Below are positions 57,901-64,000 of a stretch of DNA of 64,000 nucleotides, piece after piece. The position numbers and the translations under genes were made by a program. The stretch lies in the IMG/VR virus record IMGVR_UViG_3300042455_001744, one strand, 5' to 3'. This stretch comes from an uncultured virus (IMG/VR IMGVR_UViG_3300042455_001744) (taxonomy: Duplodnaviria; Heunggongvirae; Uroviricota; Caudoviricetes). The notes beneath the pieces were generated by a model that worked only from the letters and a program-made list of their open reading frames with translations, was not told the origin of the DNA and did no database searches. The first letter of the stretch is position 1. The number at the start of each line of letters is the position of its first letter.

Positions 57901-59028
57901 ACCAAAATTGGATTCTTTTAATACTAAGTAATTTTTAGTATCCATATATTTTTCAAACCACGAAACTGATTGTGTTATATAAATTTCTTTACGTAAATTT
58001 ATTAAAATATTTTCGTATTCTGTAATATCATTTAAGGGGGTTAAATTTTGTTTAGTAAAGTTATCCAAAACATTTTTAACAAAATTCTCAAGACTATAAC
58101 GTAATTGAGCAATTGTTATTTCAGGGAAATTTTCAGGTATAAGTCCTTTAGTCTTATATTCCGCATACATTTCTTTTATTTTTTCATAACCCTTATAAGC
58201 ATTTTGATTAGTAACTTGAACCAAATTACTTTGAGTCCCTGTTTTAGGATTAACCGAAAATTTAGATTGATACATATATGGTGTCGCCAATAAATAACCC
58301 ATAGATACCTCAGAAATGACACCATATTGATAAGTATGGAAAATTAAATCAACTATAAAATTACCACTTGAATAATCATATCTAGCATTGAATGACCTAA
58401 GCATTAATTTATACCTAACACCTTTACCATAAAACCCTTTTAATGTTAATTCAAACATTGGGTATGGCATATTAAAAAAGGCGGCATATGGTGAACTATT
58501 ACCAGCTTCAAACAATGCACGTCCTTTAACGTCTTCAAGACTAATATTAAATGTCGGCATAAAATCTAACCCTTGTCTAATGTCAATTTTGGTAATACCT
58601 AACAAACCATTGTCAGTCGCTTTATCTTCACCATTTGAACGGACATTTTGTCTGTAATAAACATCATCAGGGTTTTTAGGGTTAGTTACCTTAGTTTTAT
58701 TAGGCTGATTTAAAGCCTGACCCTGTAAACTACCTTTACCTGTAATTTCATCCACATATCTATTATTAAGATATGTTTCACCACCAGGACTTAAAAAGTT
58801 GATTGACGCTATCGAAATTGTTTGTATCGCGTCATTAATCGCAACACCTAATGCTAATTTAGTTCTTGGGAATACTTGACAAGTAAGATTAGCATACATA
58901 ACTAAATCTTCTTGTTTAACATATCTATCTCTAACAACACCATTATCATCAATAACCCTATTCGGGTCAACAATTACTATGTTATTACTGTCGAAGTCTA
59001 CTAATATATTTTCTGTTTTACCTACCAT
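51928..59028 (-). CDS. Giant putative baseplate hub protein
   Basis: 2366 aa; YTCTVSMMGNALIQPTMYF..GPYMITQVNHVI..FETTIEG resembles the C-terminal barrel of gp27/gpD-type hubs; follows a LysM/gp53-like gene. Confidence 0.62.
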   Translation of the reverse strand: MVGKTENILVDFDSNNIVIVDPNRVIDDNGVVRDRYVKQEDLVMYANLTCQVFPRTKLALGVAINDAIQTISIASINFLSPGGETYLNNRYVDEITGKGSLQGQALNQPNKTKVTNPKNPDDVYYRQNVRSNGEDKATDNGLLGITKIDIRQGLDFMPTFNISLEDVKGRALFEAGNSSPYAAFFNMPYPMFELTLKGFYGKGVRYKLMLRSFNARYDYSSGNFIVDLIFHTYQYGVISEVSMGYLLATPYMYQSKFSVNPKTGTQSNLVQVTNQNAYKGYEKIKEMYAEYKTKGLIPENFPEITIAQLRYSLENFVKNVLDNFTKQNLTPLNDITEYENILINLRKEIYITQSVSWFEKYMDTKNYLVLKESNFGNVKSLFPASAQNALNQIPFGRGKQYDPKKIYTFKPEIKTFGERENAKTELDKIVKTAVKKLNENRTLGSNGKYTVNNKTKESAINIKDTDFKFNAEFTSDDVDLEQTYFVTKNTKIEPTNEELVKFKADLINKGILKNELTTTYTLKDGERVPVNEYYYYEGKLSFTDKLDDIENQLKKKKREIEEDLTNALYDQLKSTNNGIGFIPTIRNVLAVIFASGEGFIRLLDEVHKKSWDVRDEKVRKNAIFNSSVANANPDAITSGVNEKVPVYPWPTFLQATMGEDGHEKFEPKYPGDSKIIQLTKGYDYTMWPEVEFVEEFIKGFTDRGKSDGVNKSVSNEILDVKRISLNPIEFPISNQVFQSKEEVKYFYEIFERLLFISTTSRLNRISSTSEVIDIVASIVAQSEVINIKESLSNDNPFLIKTLSDYAFSSNNFVNVLRHVSNQGVGVNWQNYIRGIYNTPYIKELNSTNKFLFLDELVIQNPFVRPTVSLDNEDGFIETLTGDSKTNNFDLLDVYPFMDISWIKNQLPGGKNVSKAIEVYNTTKTVSFDKQLKTLTNFSLNNNIIPITNFVYKGDLTIPTPEDYLTQLKMFYNMRTPDKQLITEGNLNYVNYSGGVSNNQTISMLNTPYFVNAIQEGIVKFRNFDKTPFVSAAYLFLNSLPISTLREKYKIYDSGINTELDYIFATLKKFGATHKLPYPLIVKLGSIWHRYKRFVNNGVDILQDAWKNFDYLTNYDPVTSNAAKNYTLTVDGGVIDIILQKNSTFGTDTSTLINTGFYPKLINDMNVFYQGFEVFSAYTNTGIQSGIDDFKVSLKYVPETLIRGDKGFDKANPKRDLKVIPWSVYVETTDSQFVYPLPSMGSIMNQAYNECFSGKTMNIELMSNTSLYNGTVRNFWALPTYGYFDNSKVFKNNPKEYLKEMKVGKPDTSNEKTVQENFGIKGDSSKYADISELFSVFEKDILDLFEEKFLNFSKSMYDINTEVDYGLNFQKLMVEMMKIPKPTGTTSNDIVNDVQTKQLNNINQNLTKFIETSMYVKYGNPGNYDRKLFLSFSNYQITDPYEWTKYQSITPNALPTNNGGVTLSTSKTNYPNEWKALETYIGFSEINKLKYSNNGSYITDFFVDMNVAFTVDNIKTYSPIIKIYATQKLQDYVDSAIIPSNEPNVNSYAILTDGNKIELLPTTNNRLTPVLYDPNKQLLYAGPSRVMFLYSEEELFEDTITDYYGPFGLQDNPIVTKYIRPKGLKLDVPFKSNFNMQNFKGLVDEYIDTLSNFQDKAMNNLMLRLQTALPSITQTPEQITNSKITDTIGKLEHWECFKSLNDKWIAGYEFNNKTLFEDVLLLDRASRNIGDKILVDIYKLKTRLDNLFSSEPTIDMLSFVESILIENNFVVMNLPSYVNFYNVQEVVKKPTPKLEGTLEFANNLFGTFLNVDVRQSSAKMVCTYAGKPSEYLAIKNVDFKFRDDAFDITKASDNPLLEDQKNKEDWATSNRVVGFNVDIGPENQSIFFNFSVGQESGTATAESLEVENMMANMSSGKNSATQSISLYNIYKNRSYTCTVSMMGNALIQPTMYFNLRYVPMFYGPYMITQVNHVISPGVFETTIEGIRQPTASVLKIDDFIQTLKTSLLKSVIETQKESSPSTNLENSTGTNQNIQTQTQSTLSTQNKIEESDACKETLYEDYKKYTPVDSPTETSITVKDVQTKVVSRILNKNITDDNKLKYVIFASLYLSSYYGSSFKAYENNFTNLTLISKWSSTPSTKFFCKTMNSVSQPFMVFKSIDENIDFLIERYKGRMVTVKDNSKEEITKFIILNDSNDKPETVYSQMDKTQLLNIQTKVEESIKLFNPTSGNVSSPPPKLNPLVDVYKYAQTTPPLFESLTITVDPKIDGPREIFSINFDYETDANCAAGRGTGQQFNTNLISNNKQQVIIELQDLLDDLDCSNVPSKDSKGTYKFKVSIYTTPLKPDGTKDNARADFYKSYPITFTL

Positions 59029-59341
59029 AATAAAAGAAATGATTTTCTAATTGATTGTTATAATCTTGTAATGAAGCTATTAAAGGAAATGGAATTGTCA
59101 AGATTGCACCATCATTTATATACCATTCTTGTCCCCCATATTTAGGGTTAGCAATTAAAATCAACCAACCAAAATAAGGAGTACCATAATATTGTTGTGA
59201 TATTTTATCTAATCTTGACTGACCTACTCGATATATATATCTTTTATCAGAACTCTTACTTGGTAAATTAACATAAGGGACAACCGTTTGTTGTCCATTA
59301 ATCACAAAATTATTATATCTGTTATAGTACTTACCACCCAT
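59018..59341 (-). CDS. LysM-like baseplate protein (T4 gp53 / P2 gpX-like)
   Basis: YRVGQSRLDKISQQYYGTPYFGWLILIANP...GAILTIP. Confidence 0.8.
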   Translation of the reverse strand: MGGKYYNRYNNFVINGQQTVVPYVNLPSKSSDKRYIYRVGQSRLDKISQQYYGTPYFGWLILIANPKYGGQEWYINDGAILTIPFPLIASLQDYNNQLENHFFYYGR

Positions 59342-59342
59342 T

Positions 59343-62300
59343 TCAATTAAATTTTATTTTACCATCAAAAATTTCAAAATTATTTATTTTTGATGGGTCA
59401 CCTTTATACAAATAAGTTAAATTTGTTTCTTTAGTTGCTTGTTCAGTTGGATTAGGTTCAGTTGTAAACTTTACAATTCTTGCTTTACCTTTTTTATACA
59501 ATACCTCATCTAAACCATTAATGTATTTATCATAAGTACTTTTTTTCTTGAACTTTTCAAACGCTTTTAATTCATTTTTAAGTTCATCTTTATATGTATC
59601 AACTAAATCATCAACAATATTTTCAAATACCCTAGATAAGTTTTTAGGTTTTTTCACATCCTTAATATTTGGGGTGATTATTTTGTCAATAAAATCTTTT
59701 ACTTTATTTTTGTCTTCAAATGTTCGACCCATTATGATATAGAATCGTTTGTTTTCAATTGTTTTAAAATCTTCTTTACTAACGTATGCGAAATCATCTT
59801 TAACTTTATCAGGGATTATCTTATAATCATAATCCGTACTTGTTAATAATGAATAGAAATCATTTAATTGTTTTTTGAATATAGTATAATCAGCAACTAA
59901 TTCATCAAAACCAGGACTACTTAGTAAGTTGTAGATTTTTAAACCACCACTATCCAATATTTTACCGTCAGTTTTTGAATTGACAAAACTCACTTTTCTA
60001 ATTGTTTGAACAAAATCTTGTTGTGGTAATCCAATTTTATTATTAACGATAGTCCCTATATCACTCGACATTGGTCCTTTTAGACTTTTAACGTATTTTA
60101 CTAAATTTGTTTTAATTATATTTAATGTTGTATCACTACTACCAACAGTAAACCCTTTATCTACCAACCCAACTAATATTGGATTACTACCATTATTAAT
60201 ATCATCAATAACTTTACTAAATAATTTATCAATATTATCTTGATAAACCGGTTTACCTAATATTTTCACATCATTACCTGATTCAACCCCACCTAAGTTT
60301 AATGTTCCTTTCATAAAATCTCTTTTACTACACACAACACTTAACATACCATAATTAGTTTTAGCTCTAATCTCATCCATAGAATTATAAGTGTTTGTAA
60401 AATACGTTTTACTATTATCGTATAAAACATCCATAATTTTCATATAACTCATTTCACCTGTCTCACCACTAGGTGTTAATGGTGTTGTTGTTTTGATTTC
60501 ACCAATAGTTTGTCCAGCATCATTTGTTTGTTGTTGTGCGGCATCATTACTAACACTCACAGGTGGTTGTTTAGCAACTATAGCATCAACTACCATTTTA
60601 TCTAACGCTGAGGTATCTTCAGTCCAAGTAGCTCTTTCGTCATATATTTCAGTATTAGCATAATAATTAAACGATAACGCGTTTTGTAATTGGTCAACAG
60701 GTTCTTTTAAACCCATACCCCCAATTATCTTAAAACTAAGTGTAACATTAGCAATCATTGGTTGAAGTCCAATACCTTCGGGATTCATATCTAACACTAA
60801 TGGGTCATACGTGAACGCGACACTATCAGGAATAATCTTCGTATTATAGAAGTCACCAATTCTAAGTACTAATACAGGAGGAGCCCCAAATGATGTATTA
60901 ACCGCATCCAAACTTTTAACAGTATTATCACTAATAACAGGTATTGTTTCACCAGGTCTAACACATTGATTTAAGAATGTTAAACGAGCATTTAACCCTT
61001 CAGGTGTCATCGAGTGAAATGTTGGGTTAAAGTATTTAATCTTCTCTTTAAATGAATCATATATCATTGGTGAACTTTCTTTAATTACTTGGAAGTAATC
61101 ACACTCAGTTAATAAGTTTCTTAATATTTTTTTAGATATACCTTCTTTTATTTTTTTAACAATATTAACTTGTTGTTCAGGTTTTTTCACCGGAATTGTT
61201 TGAGTATTACCTGCCGTTGAAGTAACATCAACCGGTCTTGCAGTTGTTGTTGTGGTTGTTGTTTCGTTAGGTTTTACCGTTATTGATTTAATTTTAACCC
61301 TACGACAAGCCATTGCCGTTGTCGAGTTTATTTCAGCTATATTTTTATTTTGAGTAGTCTTAGGTACACCAGCCTTACTTGGTTCTTGATTCTCTGTACA
61401 CTTAACATCAGTTCCTGTACCCGAATCAGTTGTAGTTCCTGTAGTACCATTAGCACCTGTTTCAACATTTGTTTTAGGGATAACAATTTCTTCACCTTTA
61501 CCCGTTTCATTAACTATCGTAATCAAGTTCTTATCAAAAAATTCACCTAAACTTTTTGTCCCAATAATTTTACTTTTTAAAAACTTTTTAACTGTATCAA
61601 TACGTCTATCGGATAGTTTTTTATTATAACTAGGTGATGCCTTAGCTGACGCAGAACCTTCCATCGTAATACTTATAGTACCCAATCCTTTTGATAAAAT
61701 ATCATAAGCATCAGTAATAAAGTTTTTATCACCACCAGCAATTTTATTAAAGTTACCTTTAACTACACTATCAAAAAACCCACCAACGTGAATGTTTACA
61801 TCATCTGATTTAAATACACTCTCAGCATTTTTTTTATATTTTTCAATATTTGTCGAACTAACATACGTATTATAAATTGACTCGTATTCTTCAGATGTTG
61901 TCGTATCCGGATTTTTACCAGGTATGTCGTTTTCAAAATAAAACGCAAAATCCAAATAATTATTTTCAAAATCTTTAATTGAACTATCGGGTTCAGTTTG
62001 AGATTGTTGATTATTAGTACTAACATCAGCCCCCGCAGTTCCTGAGTTATCAGACGGTAATTTTGGTATTTCTTTATTTATTTGAGATACTGTTTCAACA
62101 TCTGTTAATCGAGGATTACTTAAAATTTCTTGATAGGTATACAAATCACTAACACTTAAAGTATTAAATTTAATAGCTAGTTCATAGATATCGTATTTAA
62201 CACATCCAGCAAAAAATGAATCAATAATAGATTCAATTCGTTCTTTAGACGCACCTTTTAATTGTTTTTCAACAACTGTATTCATAACAGACGGGTGGTC

Positions 62301-64000
62301 TACAATTATTTTCCAACTTAACGAACCCGTTCTACTTGTACTTTTATACGTATAAATTGGTTCAGGTCTACCTAAGAAAACCGCTTGTCCCCAATCCGCC
62401 TGACTAGTGTCATTAAATTGTAAACTATACGGTGGGAACCACATAACTCTACCCCCATTTGGCCCTCTTTCACAAACAGGTAAATCATCATAAGTTAAAC
62501 CAGGTTTACTTGATGTTCTCCAAGCTAAGTTCTCAATCGAGAACATATATTTTTTAACGTGACCTCCCTTACCACTAGCATCATCAGGTATGATGTTTGT
62601 TGAATCAACACCTTTTAATGGTGCAATATTAAGATTATATGTATTATCTAATACTGAATATGTGAAACGTCTTCCCGATGTTGTTATACCATCAGTTTTT
62701 TGTAAATCCGCGTAAGTGTAATATGGAGTGTCTTTTGTAAATACGCGACAATACTCCATACCTTGTTGAGAACCATCAGTGTTATCTTTATATGACAACA
62801 CCATTGAACCTTTTGTCATTTCTTTATAACCATCATTAAAGACTTTACTCACTTGATTCATCGCATTACCAACGTGTTTTAATCTGTTGACACCTGACAC
62901 GTTATCCGCAGAATCAATTAATCTTTGAGTATTGTCTAATATTGAATTCTCCTTGAAATCAATCGCTGATGATTCGGCTTTTTGAAAGTTACTTGATATC
63001 TCATTGAATTGTTCGTCTTTAGAACCTGAACCACCACCCGGTGTCGCTTTGAACCCTGCGTTTGATTTGTATTTTGGGGAAACCCAAACTAAACCACCAT
63101 CAATACCACCCCCATCAGTTAATGATTTACCCGCAAACCCAAAATTTAAATCATTTTGATTACCTTCAAACAATATACCTAACTCTGAAGGCCCATAAAC
63201 AGGACTTTCAACTTGTTCCCCATAAGGATTGACAGGTATTGCATCTGAAGGTGATGTTATAGTACTAGGTTCTGAATTAACACTACCAACATAGTAACCT
63301 CCCGATAACGTACCATTATCATTAATTAGACTCGCAGCTAAATTAACTATCGCTTGTGCAATACCTAATATACCACCAAAGTCTTTTTTATAACCCGGTT
63401 GATATCTATTTAAATCAATATTGTTAAACAATACCGACCTTTGACCGTTACCTGTGTTTGCTAAAAATATTTGTGAAGGATTTCTTTTAATATTTAATAT
63501 CGGACCTAAAAACCCCCCCGTTAATTGATTAATAACATTTAACGCGTTTGAGGTTTGTTGAGTTTGAAGACCTCCACTAGTATTTTCATCAAAATAATCA
63601 CCAGGTATAAAAGAAACAGGCCAATAAGCACCTGACAATCTTGTAGCAAAATCAAAGGCTGCTGTCACAGGTGATTCAGGAACTGTAATTCTCCAATTAC
63701 GATAAATTAAAGGTTCTTTACCTGAAGCCAATAAACTCGCCTCAAATGGGTCTGATAATGATTGTAAATTAACCGCACCAACAGTATTCTGATAAATTTC
63801 AAAATTAACTCTTTCTTGAAATAAGAAGTTTAATTGTTTAGCACCAATTCTGGCTAAGTAAGAATCATTAGATAATTTACCATCACTACCTGTTGGGTCA
63901 GTAGATATTAATATTTCATACGGTGAATATAATGACGCTATGTAAGTTGCTGGTGTTACTGTATTATCTAAAACATATGGTAAAAATAATTTATTATTAT
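59343..64000 (-). CDS. Giant tube-initiator/baseplate-like protein with inserted OmpA-like domain (5' end outside window)
   Basis: Frame stays open from 63731 to the window edge (NNKLFLPYVLDN...); W...FLGRPEPIYTY..TSR and PPVLVLRIGDFY motifs; OmpA-like GSAS...YNKKLSDRR...RRVKI. Confidence 0.72.
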   Translation of the reverse strand, partial: NNKLFLPYVLDNTVTPATYIASLYSPYEILISTDPTGSDGKLSNDSYLARIGAKQLNFLFQERVNFEIYQNTVGAVNLQSLSDPFEASLLASGKEPLIYRNWRITVPESPVTAAFDFATRLSGAYWPVSFIPGDYFDENTSGGLQTQQTSNALNVINQLTGGFLGPILNIKRNPSQIFLANTGNGQRSVLFNNIDLNRYQPGYKKDFGGILGIAQAIVNLAASLINDNGTLSGGYYVGSVNSEPSTITSPSDAIPVNPYGEQVESPVYGPSELGILFEGNQNDLNFGFAGKSLTDGGGIDGGLVWVSPKYKSNAGFKATPGGGSGSKDEQFNEISSNFQKAESSAIDFKENSILDNTQRLIDSADNVSGVNRLKHVGNAMNQVSKVFNDGYKEMTKGSMVLSYKDNTDGSQQGMEYCRVFTKDTPYYTYADLQKTDGITTSGRRFTYSVLDNTYNLNIAPLKGVDSTNIIPDDASGKGGHVKKYMFSIENLAWRTSSKPGLTYDDLPVCERGPNGGRVMWFPPYSLQFNDTSQADWGQAVFLGRPEPIYTYKSTSRTGSLSWKIIVDHPSVMNTVVEKQLKGASKERIESIIDSFFAGCVKYDIYELAIKFNTLSVSDLYTYQEILSNPRLTDVETVSQINKEIPKLPSDNSGTAGADVSTNNQQSQTEPDSSIKDFENNYLDFAFYFENDIPGKNPDTTTSEEYESIYNTYVSSTNIEKYKKNAESVFKSDDVNIHVGGFFDSVVKGNFNKIAGGDKNFITDAYDILSKGLGTISITMEGSASAKASPSYNKKLSDRRIDTVKKFLKSKIIGTKSLGEFFDKNLITIVNETGKGEEIVIPKTNVETGANGTTGTTTDSGTGTDVKCTENQEPSKAGVPKTTQNKNIAEINSTTAMACRRVKIKSITVKPNETTTTTTTARPVDVTSTAGNTQTIPVKKPEQQVNIVKKIKEGISKKILRNLLTECDYFQVIKESSPMIYDSFKEKIKYFNPTFHSMTPEGLNARLTFLNQCVRPGETIPVISDNTVKSLDAVNTSFGAPPVLVLRIGDFYNTKIIPDSVAFTYDPLVLDMNPEGIGLQPMIANVTLSFKIIGGMGLKEPVDQLQNALSFNYYANTEIYDERATWTEDTSALDKMVVDAIVAKQPPVSVSNDAAQQQTNDAGQTIGEIKTTTPLTPSGETGEMSYMKIMDVLYDNSKTYFTNTYNSMDEIRAKTNYGMLSVVCSKRDFMKGTLNLGGVESGNDVKILGKPVYQDNIDKLFSKVIDDINNGSNPILVGLVDKGFTVGSSDTTLNIIKTNLVKYVKSLKGPMSSDIGTIVNNKIGLPQQDFVQTIRKVSFVNSKTDGKILDSGGLKIYNLLSSPGFDELVADYTIFKKQLNDFYSLLTSTDYDYKIIPDKVKDDFAYVSKEDFKTIENKRFYIIMGRTFEDKNKVKDFIDKIITPNIKDVKKPKNLSRVFENIVDDLVDTYKDELKNELKAFEKFKKKSTYDKYINGLDEVLYKKGKARIVKFTTEPNPTEQATKETNLTYLYKGDPSKINNFEIFDGKIKFN

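Noticed and set aside
1..64000. Stop-codon reassignment as in some large Bacteroidota phages
   Set aside because: Long genes are intact in code 11, and TAA, TAG and TGA all end genes at sensible positions
1..64000. tRNA, rRNA, integrase or IS elements
   Set aside because: None recognised by eye and intergenic gaps are mostly too short; a covariance-model search would be needed to exclude them fully

Overview
AT-rich, densely coding window from a large tailed (myovirus-like, probably jumbo) phage genome, almost entirely on the minus strand and in the standard genetic code. Several clues point to a Bacteroidota host: a Bacteroidota-type RpoD-like sigma factor, a TTTG-N19-TAnnTTTG promoter, SprB repeats and AT-rich leaders without Shine-Dalgarno motifs. 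Contents: (i) 1-9.1 kb, sigma factor, Rad50/gp46, Mre11/gp47, PD-(D/E)XK nuclease and primase; (ii) 9.2-17.7 kb, a plus-strand island of five Cys-rich and/or Thr/Pro-repeat putative virion surface proteins, including a mucin-like protein with about 600 aa of strict T-x alternation; (iii) 17.8-42.5 kb, RuvC plus tail fibre/baseplate genes (SprB-repeat, NIDO-like, PKD-like, gp6-like, gp25-like) with an embedded glycosyltransferase; (iv) 42.6-50.9 kb, nrdA, nrdB, helicase, 5'-3' exonuclease, RecA/UvsX and gp32-like SSB; (v) 51-64 kb, giant baseplate/hub proteins. Best candidate for an undescribed system: a phage glycosyltransferase resembling plant extensin O-glycosyltransferases (SRGT1/HPAT), located among at least six Thr-tract structural proteins and inside a 2.47 kb segment bounded by exact 20-bp direct repeats. 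All family calls are from motifs recognised by eye; no searches were run.
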